A stretch of 64,000 nt of DNA from an uncultured Candidatus Rokubacteria bacterium (GTDB taxonomy: Bacteria; Methylomirabilota; Methylomirabilia; Rokubacteriales; CSP1-6). The first letter of the stretch is position 1. The number at the start of each line of letters is the position of its first letter. Both the position numbers and the translations under genes were made by a program. This document shows, one piece after another, positions 36,125-46,574 of this stretch. The notes under the pieces are model-generated. The model was not told the origin of the DNA, did no database searches, and saw nothing but the letters and a program-made list of their open reading frames with translations. The stretch lies in the NCBI GenBank assembly GCA_963758635.1, contig CAVWWD010000003.1, positions 352,001-416,000 on the forward strand, written 5' to 3'.

Positions 36125-37314
36125 TTAGCCCGCGTTCGCCAGTGCCCGCGACCTGTCGCGGTTGCGCCTGGGTTGCGTCTGGAAGTGCCTGCGGGGCCTC
36201 TTCGCCCTGCTCGATGTACCGTGCATAGACCTGGATCAGCACGCTCGCGTTCTTCCATCCGCCCTGCTTCTGGACGTAGAGCAGGTTCGCTCCGCGGCTC
36301 AGGAGCGTGCTGGCGAAGGTGTGCCGGAGCTGCTCGGGGAACCGGTAGCGCACCCCGGCCTTCTTGACACCCGACGCCACTGCGCCAGGACGTACGTGGG
36401 CGACCAGGGCTTGGCGATCCCGAACACGAAGGCCGCCGGGTTGATCGACTGCACGGGGAGGGCCCGGAGCTCCGCCAGGACGCGGCGGCTCTCGACGGTC
36501 CGGCCGGGCCGCCATTCTGCGGTCGCCTCGGTGATCGGATGGAATATCGAGACCACCCGGAAGCTCCGCGTCTTGGGGGGGCCGAGTCGCTCACGGGTCC
36601 AGGTCCGGCGCACGTAGGCGGTGCCCTTCACTAGGTCGAGGTCCTGGTTCTGGAGGGCGGAAACTTCGCCTTTCCGTATCCCCGGTCTGCGCCCAGAGTC
36701 GCAGGAAGGTGGCAAGCAAACGGGCGGTTGAGCGCCTCGGCCGCCTCGAGGATGGCGTGCAGCTCCTCCGTGTTGAACGGTTCAACCTCCGCGTCCTCCG
36801 TGCGGCGCAGCTTGAACACGCGGAACACGGGGTTCGCCGGCAGCACGCGGTGGACGCGGACGGCGCGGTCGAGGACATGCGGAGAGCCACCAGGGCGATG
36901 GAGATCGAGGACTCGGCCAGGCCTCGGTCCGGGGACGCGTCGAGCCGCCCGGCTTCCGCAAGATGCGGTACTCGAAGTCCTCGATCTCCCCGAGGCCGAT
37001 CTCGTCAACCGGCAGGGTCTTGAAGTGGGGGATGAGGTGAGCGCGGACCACTGACGTGTAGTTCTCGATCGTGTTGGGGCCGATCGGGTGGGTCACGGGG
37101 TACTTCTCCAGCCACTCCTCGGCGAGCGCGCTGAAGCCGATGGCCTTCGGCGCCAGCTTGAAGGTCCCCTCGGCCAGAGCCCGGCGGATGCCCGACGCGA
37201 CGGCCTCGGCCGCCTTCTTGTCGCCCACCTTCTTCGCCTTCCGGCGCCCCAGTGGTCGATGAAGATGCCGTAGACGCCGCGCTGGCCCTTCCAGAGCTTG
37301 ACCTTGACGCCCAT
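36125..37314 (-). CDS. tyrosine integrase (several apparent frameshifts; 3' end uncertain)
   Basis: TG-IRKGEV, PPKT, EQLRHTFAS, QGGW, VYARY; N-terminal arm-binding and SAM-like region. Confidence 0.9.
36160..36179 (+). repeat. putative integrase arm-type sites (left)
   Basis: GGTTGCGCCTGGGTTGCGTC, identical to 60648-60667. Confidence 0.75.
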
Positions 37315-37340
37315 GATGTTGCCCTTCCTGGTCCGTTGGC

Positions 37341-37540
37341 TTACTTCTTCACGAGCTGAATGCGCACCCGCGCACCCAGCGCCTCGGTCAGCCGCTCGAG
37401 CGTGGCCATGGACGGCAGGCGGTCGCCGGCCTCCACCTTCGCGATGAAGGACCAAGTGACACCCGCCGCCTCTGCCAGGGCTCCTGGGTCATGCCGCGCT
37501 TCATCCGGAGGTCGCGGATCTGCCCGCCCAGTGGCTTCAT
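37341..37540 (-). CDS. XRE-family HTH regulator (one frameshift)
   Basis: MKPLGGQIRDLRMKRGMTQE / LAEAAGVTWSFIAKVEAGDRLPSMATLERL. Confidence 0.82.
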
Positions 37541-37604
37541 ATACGTATTGTCCATGTATGCCGCCCCCGGAGTCAAGCGTGGATTTCGGGCGCCGCGAGT
37601 GGGA

Positions 37605-37960
37605 CTACAAGCCCTTCAGGGCCTCCTGGACGATGGCGTCCACGTCCTCGCGACCATGCTGACGGTAGACGCGGATCCAGCGGTCGAACTCGCCACGACG
37701 GACCAGGATCTTGCCTCCCACACGGTAGTGGGGCAGCGGGTGGATGGGGTCTTCGAGCAGATCGCGGAGCTTGCGCACGGAGAGCGCGGAGTAGTCGGCC
37801 AGGGCGCGCAGGCTCAGGAACGGATCCGCGGCCGAGCTGAGGACCACACGCTCGGCGAGGATCCCGCGGACCTGGGCCGGCTCGCGTCTCGCCCCGCCGG
37901 CTCCGTCGGCGGCGGCGCCGGCGCGCGCTCGACCAGTGACAGGATGATCCACTCCCACGG
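37605..37960 (-). CDS. excisionase-like HTH protein (start uncertain)
   Basis: FLSLRALADYSALSVRKLR...LPHYRVGGKILVRRGEFDRW. Confidence 0.78.
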
Positions 37961-38197
37961 GGCGAGGCCACACGAGCACGCCGGCCGTCGAGCTGAGTCC
38001 GACGAGATCCCCCTCGCCCAGGGGTCGTGACGCTGGCACAGGCCGCTCACCGGATCCGGCGGGAGCGCACACCGGATGCCGAGCTCGGCACCTCGAGCGC
38101 ACTCCCGTCGCAGGGAGGGTCGCTGCGACATGGGCTGCGACGGGGAAACGGACGTGGAGGCTTCACCCATCACGTCGCCCAGTTGGCTGGGGGGGAA

Positions 38198-38318
38198 CTC
38201 GTAGCGGCGTAGCACTCGTAGCACTCGATATAGGCGTAGCGCCCTAGCGGGGCAGAGGTAAGTCTGCTACGAGTGCTACTACTGCTACGCTTGCTACTAC
38301 TGCTACTGCTGCTACGAG
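38198..38318. repeat. iteron-like array, putative replication origin
   Basis: GCTAC at 38266, 38275, 38284, 38293, 38302, 38311 (9-bp period); inverted GTAGC at 38201, 38209, 38218, 38236. Confidence 0.7.
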
Positions 38319-38336
38319 AGCAGGACGCCTCCCGGG

Positions 38337-40625
38337 TCATGGGGTCACCGCCGTCCAGACCCGGTTGCCGGCCCACTGGGGGCCTCGACGGCCTCGACGG
38401 TGATTCGCCGCGATCGACGAGCGTGGCTTCGACCTCGTCGAGGCTCTTCTTCGAGCAGTGGACGAGCTGGGCCACGACCCGGCGGGGGCAGCGGCCCTTG
38501 GCGCGGACGATGGGCAGGGCGCGAGCGATGAGTTGTTCGAGCGCGGTTTCTCCGACGCGCTCCCCGAAGGCCATGGCGCCATCCCGCCACCGCTCCGCGA
38601 TGGTGACGGCAGCGGACGCGTCGTCGGGCGTGACCACCAGGGCGTCGGGGATGACGGCACCGGGCGCGGCCGGCGGCCACGAGGATGGACAGCTTCACGG
38701 CCATGGCGTTGAGCCGCTGGAGCATGGCGCGCGACCGCTCGTTGGCGAGCGCGTCGGAGGTCTCGATGCGCGCGGCGAAGCGGTCGATGATGGCGAGGGC
38801 ATCACCCTGGAACTGGACGCGACGGTCGGCGGTCTTGGCCCAGAAGTAGATTTCGGTGAGGCGCGTGACGAGTCGGGCGCGCTGGGCCACGAGGTCGTCG
38901 GTGGGTTCTTCGAGGCCACGACGGGGCGGCAGGTGGGTAGGCATCGTGACCGCGAACCGGGCCATGAAACCGGAGCTGACATCGCGTGCGGTGACGATCT
39001 CGAAGATCGCGGGCGTGGTGGCGCCGAGGACGCAGAGGTGCGGGTGCTCCACGCTCATCTCATCGACGGCGGGCGGGCCGCCCTTGACGCGCTTGGTGGT
39101 GCGCTTGTAGCGGTAGGGCCGGCCCTCGTACAACTCCAGGAGGAGCCCGCGCAGCCCGGCGAGGTACTTCGCATGGTGGAGCTTGTCGAGCGTCTCTCCC
39201 GCCTCGTCGAGGTACCACAGGCTCCCGTCGGCGCCTCGGTCGGCGAGCTGCTCGACGAAAGCTTCGGGCGAGGACTGCTCGGCGAGGCGGCAGTCGGGGA
39301 TCGCGTCGGTGAGCAGGTCGAGCCCAGTCCCGCCGCACTCGTCTTACGTGACCGCGTCGAGGGGCCGATCAGGAGCGCGAAGAACGACGTGGGAAGGCCG
39401 CGCGGGTAGGGGCGCAGGCGGGCGCGCACGCCCCGGCGTCGCGGTCGCGAGCAGGATCAGCCCGTCGTCTCGAAGAACTCGTGGGCGGCGTCGCTGCACG
39501 CCGCGCCGTACCAGGATGAACTCCGAGACGAAGTGGTCGGCCGGCACCGCCGAGGTGAACGTGTACGGGGCCTCGGCCATGGCCTCGGCGGGCGGCGGGG
39601 GGGGGCGGCGGATGGTGGCCATTGGACGAGAGGCCCAGCACCGCGAGCACGTCGCGGATGGTGCGGTCAACGCAGTGCAGGTGCTTACAGTCAAATCCCC
39701 ACGGCTCCCCGGGGCTCTTCGGGTCGAACAGGCACGTCTCCGTGATTCCTGAGTCCCCGGAGTGCGACGCCGCCCACGGACACGTCACCGCGTGCTTGCC
39801 GCCGTGGAGCGCGCGCCGATACCAGCCCTTCGCCGTGAACGCGGCGACCAGGTCGAAGGTCGAGCCCGTGACCCGGGCGCTCGTGGTGATGGTCCGCTTC
39901 GTCGGCGCCGCCAGCGCGGCGAGGGCCTCCAGGACCTCACCGTCTACGAGCGCCAGCTCGCTCGGCACCCGCTCCAGCGCCGCCCGGCGGTGGGGCCGGT
40001 CGGCGGTCGCATCGCCTTTGACCGCCACCGTGCCGTAGAGCTTCCAGATCCGGGCGGCGTTGCCGACGCTGGTGTCGACCACCACCGTGTTGTCGCTGAA
40101 CCGGCTGGCCACGGCCGAGAGCGCCCGCTCGACGAGGCGCCGCGCCGGCTCGTCATTGGGCAGATCGACCAACGCCCGCCCATGCGCGCCATTGCCACTC
40201 AGCGCAGCGACCAGCGCGGGGAACCCCAGCTCGCCCAGGAACCACGCCGCGTCGTCGCGGCGCGCGCGGGCGGCCGCCACCTCGGCGTCAGTCGCGGAGA
40301 TGCCCGCCGGACGCACGGGATCGTAGTCGAACGGCAACCAGACCCGCCGCACGATGTCGGCGTCGCCGGTGGTCGCCGGGGCGTACTCGCGCAACCGGTT
40401 CACGGCCCGCGCGAGGAGCGCGGGCGCCACGGGGTTCAACGAGATGTAGATCGTCGCCTTCCCGTCCCACGGCAGCACGGCGCGGACCAGCGCCTCAAGA
40501 TCATCGAAGTAGCCCGACACGGTGCCCTGCCGCGTCTTGGGAATGCGGACCTCGACCACGCCCCCGTGCCGGGCGACCACCTGGAGTCCATCGCGAATGG
40601 CATCGACCCCCGTGGGCATCGTCAT
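38337..40625 (-). CDS. primase (AEP/RepB-like) with zinc motif and DUF3987-like P-loop domain; probably one frameshifted gene
   Basis: FDYDP, SGNGAH, DTSVGNAARIWKLYGT; CPWAASH...CKHLHC; GPSTRSRKTS, LWYLDE, LGATTP, SGFMARF. Confidence 0.72.
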
Positions 40626-40928
40626 CGCCGCCGGCCGAATCCTTCGGTCGCGGGGAATTCCTGCTGGTCAGTCGGCACCCGGGGCCGCACCGCGACCAGC
40701 TCGACCGGCCCGAACACGCGCGTCAGCATCTCGAGCACCTGCTCCGTCGTTAGCGGGGGCGCCGCGGGTCCATCTGAATGCAGAGGGACGGAATCGGGAG
40801 CGTCGAAGGTCATGCGCGCGCCAGCGTCCGCACCTGGCGGCGCAGCCATGCCGGTCGCGTTGAAGATCACCATGTCTGCGTGCCGGCCGCCGGCGTCGAG
40901 ATTACGCGTCACACCTCGCTTCCCCCGT

Positions 40929-41177
40929 TCACCGACCGACCAACGGCAACCGGCGCAGCCACGACAGCAAGTCCTCCCGGAGGATGTAGAGCCGTCCGCG
41001 CAGCCGGCGGGCCGGCAAGTCGCCGGTGAGGACCAGGCGGCGGATGCTTTCCTCCGGTAGGTTGAGAAGGTGGCTGACCTCGCGGACACGGAAGATTAGT
41101 TGTGCGGGCGGGGGTCCACTCGGGCGCGGATCCTGGAGCCACTGCCGGAGCGCTTCGTCGAATTGCTCGTCGAGCAT
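40929..41177 (-). CDS. excisionase/AlpA-like HTH protein
   Basis: FRVREVSHLLNLPEESIRRLVLTGDLPARRLRGRLYI. Confidence 0.8.
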   Translation of the reverse strand: MLDEQFDEALRQWLQDPRPSGPPPAQLIFRVREVSHLLNLPEESIRRLVLTGDLPARRLRGRLYILREDLLSWLRRLPLVGR

Positions 41178-41262
41178 GGCCCGGACGATATCGCCGGATG
41201 GCGCCCCGGGCGGGCGGGGTCCAACTTCAAGTTAACGGTTTCGGCGGGGGCGGGGGCGGACG

Positions 41263-41973
41263 TTACGGAGCGGAACTATCCGGAACGGGCCGGGATTGCC
41301 AGGAACCAAGCCGCCGGCGTAGAGCGAGAAAGCCCGGGCGCGACAGTTTCTTGATAAGCCCCCGGCGCTCAAGCGAAGCCTGGACCTGGGTCCATGACCG
41401 GAACCGGCCAGACCTCACTGCCTCACGGAGCCCAGCCCTGAGCGCACGCTGATCTTTGCGAATCCTTTCGAACCCGCGCGTCCCCGCCCGACACATCCGG
41501 CAGCGGCCGGCCCGCAGCATTCGCCGGATCGCGTCGGTGTCATTGAGCGCGCGAGCCGCGAGGACTCGCTCACTGATCCAGCGTGGGACCCCCCTCCGCT
41601 CGGCCTGTCTGAGGGCAACAACGAGATCTATATCGCACTGCTGTCCCAAGAATTGACCGAGCACGGCGGCCACAGCATGGTGGAGCGCACGCGACTTTTC
41701 GCGCCAGAGGTTGCGCCAGTCAGCGTCCGCCTTCAGCCGCTGCTCAAGCAACTCCCCAGAGGGGAACTCTTCACCGCCCGCCTTTGCGTCGGCCCTCTTC
41801 AGCCACGACTCGAGGTCGAGCCGCGCGTCCTCCGCATCCGCGAGGACCCTCGAACGCTCCTCAACCGCTGCCCACTGCGCCGGCGAGAAGTGGAGGGCGG
41901 CGGCGAGCGTGTCGGGGGGCGGCGGAACAAGACTCGCGATAGCACGAACGCGCCGTGAGTGGCTGCTACCCAT
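41263..41973 (-). CDS. hypothetical protein
   Basis: ATG after GGAGGGAG; helical, protein-like composition. Confidence 0.5.
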   Translation of the reverse strand: MGSSHSRRVRAIASLVPPPPDTLAAALHFSPAQWAAVEERSRVLADAEDARLDLESWLKRADAKAGGEEFPSGELLEQRLKADADWRNLWREKSRALHHAVAAVLGQFLGQQCDIDLVVALRQAERRGVPRWISERVLAARALNDTDAIRRMLRAGRCRMCRAGTRGFERIRKDQRALRAGLREAVRSGRFRSWTQVQASLERRGLIKKLSRPGFLALRRRLGSWQSRPVPDSSAP

Positions 41974-41991
41974 GGCTCCCTCCTCTAAGCT

Positions 41992-42180
41992 CCCTACGAG
42001 TTCACCGCGAAACTCGCGTCCCTCGAGCCCCCACCTCCGGAACTGCAGCAGGTTCTCGCGGCGGTAGATGGCAACCAGGAAACGATGGGTAGCTTCGCCC
42101 GCGTCAAGGCGGGGGTCACCTCCCCCGCAGATTTCTTCTCCGAGGAGAACGTCCAGCGCATCTTCGCTGCCGCCCGCTGA
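41992..42180 (+). pseudogene. 3' remnant of an FAD-dependent monooxygenase-like gene
   Basis: PYEFTAKLASLEPPPPELQQVLAAVDGNQETM...SPADFFSEENVQRIFAAAR*; no 5' part. Confidence 0.55.
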
Positions 42181-42319
42181 TCTCGCGCGCTGTTGCCGAC
42201 GAAGGGCCATCTCCCGGTCGTCATGCGTCCATGGCGCGGGCGTGGAGTCGCCCAGCGACGCCGGGGCGCGCGGCCGCTCCCCCGGGGAGCCCTCCTCCGC
42301 GCCTCCCGCGTCTCGGAGC

Positions 42320-42739
42320 CTACAACTTGCGCAGGGCGCGCACCGCCTTAGCGGCGTCCGCCGCCGAGTCCAAGGCTACGTGACTGACAAAGGTCTTGCC
42401 GATGGCAGCGGCGGAGAGGCCGCGCACGTTGAGGCCGGCGTCGGCGAGCGCGGCCGCGATGCGAGCCCCCTCGCCCAGCTTGTCCGGACCCTGAATGCGG
42501 ACGGTGTGCAAGGTCGTGCTCTTGGCGAACCCCGCCTGCTTCGCTACCCGCTGCGCGGCGCCCGCGATCGGCGTTACGAACACCACGCCCGTCCCCGGCC
42601 GGTCCGGAGCCCGGCGTGCGATGACGAACTCCAGATTGGCCTTGCCGTCAGCGAGCGCGCGAAGCTTCGCGGCAAGCCCGCCGGGCCGGTCCTCGATGGT
42701 CACAACCCACGTGTCTACCCGCGTGACCTTGAGGGCCAT
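42320..42739 (-). CDS. ACT-domain protein
   Basis: IEDRPGGLAAKL, GPDKLGEGARIAAALADAGLN; two ACT-like repeats. Confidence 0.85.
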   Translation of the reverse strand: MALKVTRVDTWVVTIEDRPGGLAAKLRALADGKANLEFVIARRAPDRPGTGVVFVTPIAGAAQRVAKQAGFAKSTTLHTVRIQGPDKLGEGARIAAALADAGLNVRGLSAAAIGKTFVSHVALDSAADAAKAVRALRKL

Positions 42740-42990
42740 GGTGTCCTCCTCTGGGCTCGGGGTGGTCCGTCGCGCAAGTGGCCAGCGAGCCACGCGCTCG
42801 TCAGAATAGATGACCTACAGGGTGTGCGCCAGGGCGCCGTGTCGCGCCGGTTGGGAGCACGCGCTCAGGGGACGGCAGCCCCGGATCCACGTGGCCGAGG
42901 TCTTGGGCGTCAGCGCCCGGACGGTGGTAGGGCACGTCGTTGATCGTCATCTTCTCGTCGAACCTTGATCGGCTTCTGGCAGATGGCGCA

Positions 42991-43257
42991 CTACGGGCGA
43001 CGGACGCCGGAAGGCGACCGGGACCATGGGCAGGACCGTAGCGGCGTCTTCTGGACTGTCTGCGGGCTCCTGGAGGGCTGCTGGGGTTGCTCGGCGCGCG
43101 CGCGCTCCAGTTCGATCACGAGCGCTTCGGCCTCGGCGCGCCACTGACGCCACCGGGAGAAGAACGCGCTCACCGCGTTGGGCTGGCGCAGGTTGCCGGC
43201 CTCGGGCGCGCGAGCGAGGAGCGCGCGGAACGCGTGCACGTCCCCGAGAGTAAGCAT
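42991..43257 (-). CDS. hypothetical protein
   Basis: MLTLGDVHAFRALLARAP... short ORF. Confidence 0.35.
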   Translation of the reverse strand: MLTLGDVHAFRALLARAPEAGNLRQPNAVSAFFSRWRQWRAEAEALVIELERARAEQPQQPSRSPQTVQKTPLRSCPWSRSPSGVRRP

Positions 43258-43318
43258 TAGTCGATGAGGTGCATGCCTACGCCAGCGGGCCGAACGGGAC
43301 ACCCCCCCGATCCGCCAT

Positions 43319-44321
43319 CTACGTCACCGGCATGATCGGCGCCACAGTCAGAGGGCCAGGCCACTCATCGAAGCCCTCTGCTCGACATGTGGCCAGGAGG
43401 GCCATGAGGTGCTCTCCGAGATCGACCGCGACGAATTCGCGAAGGTCACGGAGGGCGTATCGTCCAAGCCGATCCACGTTGTCCGCCTTCAGATGGGCCA
43501 GGAGCCGTATGTTGCGCTCCATCAGGCGTTTCAAGTTGACCTCGCGAGGGGGACGGTCGCGTTTGTCGAGGTTGCATGGTCCGCACGCCAGCACCAGGTT
43601 CCAGACCCTGTCCTCTGCCACGAAGGCCCAGGGAATCACATGGTCGATGTGGAGTTCGTCGGGGGCGGCACCGCAGTAGAAGCACACACGCGTCTCGAGG
43701 GGCTCGAGCGTTGAGCGGTACCTCTCCTGCCGACGCGTCAGGCGGCGACCGGCGATTCTCGTGGAGGCGGGGAGCGGCGCTGAACTGCTCCGTGAAGCGC
43801 ACCCAGGCCCCGATCGCGAGCGGCTCCAGGACCCGGTGGTAGTCGGCGAGGAACGCTCGTGCGCCCTCTGTCAGGCGAACGCCGTTGGTCTCGACCTCAT
43901 ATAGCGCGGGTCGAATTTGCTGTCGGAGCACCGTATGAAAGCGAGGGATGACCTCGTCGAAGCACCCACCCGGGCGGCAGCAGGCGAGGAGCAGCTGCTG
44001 ATAGCGTTGCGGTTCAGACTCGATATACCCCTCGAGGGTGGCGCGGGCGGGACGCCCGAGTGCGTTCATCTCCTCGCGGAGGAGGCGCATGATCACCGGG
44101 TCGCGCCTTGGATCGGTTGCTTGCCGTACCCGGAACGTCACCGCGAGAGGCCGGTAGTACCGTATGAACGACTGAGCCAGGGTCCTGAGCGGCATCACGT
44201 CCTCGGCGGAACCATGAGGGCCGTAGGCTGCGAGAGCCCGCAGCAGGGCAAACTTGTACGAGTTCGTGTTCAAGCCATGCGTGAGAATTGCGAGGACGCT
44301 CTCGAGGAACGCGGGCGGCAT
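43319..44321 (-). CDS. HNH endonuclease (frameshift near 43750)
   Basis: N-terminal NSYKFALLRAL; CFYCG...HIDHVIPW...WNLVLACGPCNLDK. Confidence 0.85.
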
Positions 44322-44365
44322 CCGTTTGGTGGCCCCTTCCCGGAATGGCCGCGTCTGCCGACAAC

Positions 44366-44881
44366 CTACTGGAGAATCGAGCAGGTGCCGTGAAACTGGG
44401 ACGAAAACGGGAGGCCGCTGGACCTCCCCTGCGCGCCCGTGCAGCGCTCGATGACCGGCACGATGACGCGCGGCCAGCCTGCCCACGTGCGCAGCTCGAC
44501 GTGCGAGCCCGCGCCCTTGGGGTGCGCCGTCACGATGAATTCCATTGCGTTGTTCATGCTGCCCCGCGCGATGAGCACGGCGGCGCCGCCCTCGTGGGCT
44601 TCCCGCTGCGTGCGCAGGTTGGCCTTGGGGTTGAACATCGCCAGGCCGCTCTCGCGGTCGAGCTGGATCTGCAGGCAGTCCAGCACGGCGGTGGGCGCGG
44701 CAGCGGCGCTCCAGGTGCGGACCGGCTCGCGCTCGCGCATCGCCGTGAGGCTCGGGGCGCAGCTCGTGGCCGCCAGCGCGGTGAGCCCGACGACGAGCAG
44801 GCGCGCGATGCGGCCGGTGATGGGTTCGGGGTTCCTGAGGCGGGTGCCGAACCAAGGCGGGCGCGTCGTCGGCATGGGCAT
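44366..44881 (-). CDS. putative lipoprotein (start uncertain)
   Basis: RLLVVGLTALAATSC lipobox-like signal. Confidence 0.45.
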   Translation of the reverse strand: MPMPTTRPPWFGTRLRNPEPITGRIARLLVVGLTALAATSCAPSLTAMREREPVRTWSAAAAPTAVLDCLQIQLDRESGLAMFNPKANLRTQREAHEGGAAVLIARGSMNNAMEFIVTAHPKGAGSHVELRTWAGWPRVIVPVIERCTGAQGRSSGLPFSSQFHGTCSILQ

Positions 44882-45171
44882 GGTGGCTGCGTCCCCCTCG
44901 CCGCGCAGGTAGGTCACCTGGGGCGCCGCCTCGCCGCAGACCAGGCACATCACGTCCGGGAGCGGTATCGTCACGCGGTGCTGGGGGATCAGTTCACCTT
45001 GGCGGGCAGGTGCCCCGTCGCGACGAGCGCGCGGATGCGGGCCAGCAGCGCACGATGATCCATCGCGACCTATTCCGGCACCCGCGCGTAGCCCTGGCGA
45101 ACGTAGTCGTCGACGCAGCGGAACTGAATTTCCTTGGCGGCCTGGTTCGTCAGTCCCGGGAACTGCCGCGC

Positions 45172-45567
45172 CTACATGCTGTCCCGGTAGCTCGGATCTA
45201 GAGCCCACATCGCCACCCATTCGTTACGGCGGTTCCACTCATATTGCTCTCGAAATGCGATTAGGAAGTGCGACTCTAAGAACCCGGCTTCGGCGCTGTC
45301 ATTCGTCTCGATACAGCGAAACCATACTTTTACCTTCAGGAGCTGCACCTCTTCGTTATGGCTCCGACTGAAATGTTGCGCAAGCCGATCCCTCAGACTT
45401 TGGTCTGCGGCCTTGCCGATGTATTTCGGAACGAATCCTCCCTTCTTCGGATTGAAGAAGCCCAGCTCGTAGATCCCGGGGGACGCAGGCGCCTTCTCAG
45501 AGAAGCACAACCGCTGCGGTGGAGTTGCGTCCTTCCAGTCCAAATCCTTGAGCGCTTTGGTTCGCAT
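45172..45567 (-). CDS. GIY-YIG nuclease family protein
   Basis: PGIYEL...KYIGKA...LRDRLAQH...LE...N; lower GC than flanks. Confidence 0.8.
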   Translation of the reverse strand: MRTKALKDLDWKDATPPQRLCFSEKAPASPGIYELGFFNPKKGGFVPKYIGKAADQSLRDRLAQHFSRSHNEEVQLLKVKVWFRCIETNDSAEAGFLESHFLIAFREQYEWNRRNEWVAMWALDPSYRDSM

Positions 45568-45689
45568 GTATCTGTCCGCCTCCCTAACGTGCGCGGGTTG
45601 CTCCCAGTGGCCCCATTTACAGCCGGCAAGCTCCGGTCGGCGCCAACCATAGGAGGCACAGCCGGCGTAGGTCAAGCCTTGCGGGACTG

Positions 45690-46082
45690 TCAGCATTGCG
45701 TCGCGACCACGAAGCAGCGCGCCCGGGGAATAGGGACGCCAATGGAACCGCAGGCCATGCCCGACGCGACGTGGGCGAGTTCGTGAGCAATGACCCACGA
45801 CACGGCGTCGTCGGGCAACCGATCGAGCCACGCGGGATAGAGCGTGACGGTCCACACCTGTTCCTGGTGGCCCTCGAGCACCGACAGGCGCGCAGCCATG
45901 AGCTCCTCGTCAGCGTAGGCAGAGCCATATCCTCGGCTTGGCCTGTCTGAGAGTTCGACGGAGACGGCCCGGTATTCGTCCCACCTCTCCGGCAGCCGAG
46001 GAAGTACCGCGGCCAGCAGGTCCTTGTAGCGCCCGCCCGGGAGTCCGGCGGTCGTGCACTCGATCGAGGCCTGGTCACTCAT
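45690..46082 (-). CDS. HExxH metallopeptidase-like protein
   Basis: WVIAHELAHV; overlaps the upstream HTH gene. Confidence 0.65.
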   Translation of the reverse strand: MSDQASIECTTAGLPGGRYKDLLAAVLPRLPERWDEYRAVSVELSDRPSRGYGSAYADEELMAARLSVLEGHQEQVWTVTLYPAWLDRLPDDAVSWVIAHELAHVASGMACGSIGVPIPRARCFVVATQC

Positions 46083-46266
46083 CGCCCTGCTTCACCAGGT
46101 CCTCGACCGTCACGCCGAGGGCGCGCGCGATGCGGAGCGCGATCTGCACGTCGATGGACTGGCGCAGGCCGGCCTCGAGCTGGCCGATCATGCTGGGGTT
46201 CACCTTCGCGCGCGTGGCCAAGTCCCGCTGGCTCCACCCCTGCCGCGCCCGCAACCGGCGGATCAA
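46075..46266 (-). CDS. XRE-family HTH regulator
   Basis: IRRLRARQGWSQRDLA...IGQLEAG...IARALGVTVEDL. Confidence 0.85.
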   Translation of the reverse strand: MIRRLRARQGWSQRDLATRAKVNPSMIGQLEAGLRQSIDVQIALRIARALGVTVEDLVKQGDE

Positions 46267-46525
46267 GGGGCGTCCTCGCCCGACGCCACCATCGCGAGCA
46301 GCAGCCGCCGCACGATGCTCGGGAGCAATGCAGCGACCACCACGGGCGGATACTCGGCGAACCGCTCAATGAGCGGGACGGCCGCCCGATGCACGATGTG
46401 ATCGAGCGCGTCGTCGGACACGGGGGCGCCGCCGGCCGCTTGGAGCCGCAGCGCCTCGCGCGTCTCGCGCACGGCCGTGCGCGCGCCAACCGGCCCAGCT
46501 CGCGCGCCTCGGATGCTTCGGTCAT
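46263..46525 (-). CDS. hypothetical protein (probable frameshift)
   Basis: MTEASEARELG / TAVRETREALRL...MVASGEDAP; stop overlaps the HTH start. Confidence 0.4.
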
Positions 46526-46574
46526 GCCCGGCCCCCTGCACCTCGGGAAGACGGCGCCAGGGGGACATCCGGCG

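Noticed and set aside
36078..36125. tRNA at the integration site
   Set aside because: No cloverleaf, T-loop or CCA at either end; the att core lies in a protein-coding 3' end
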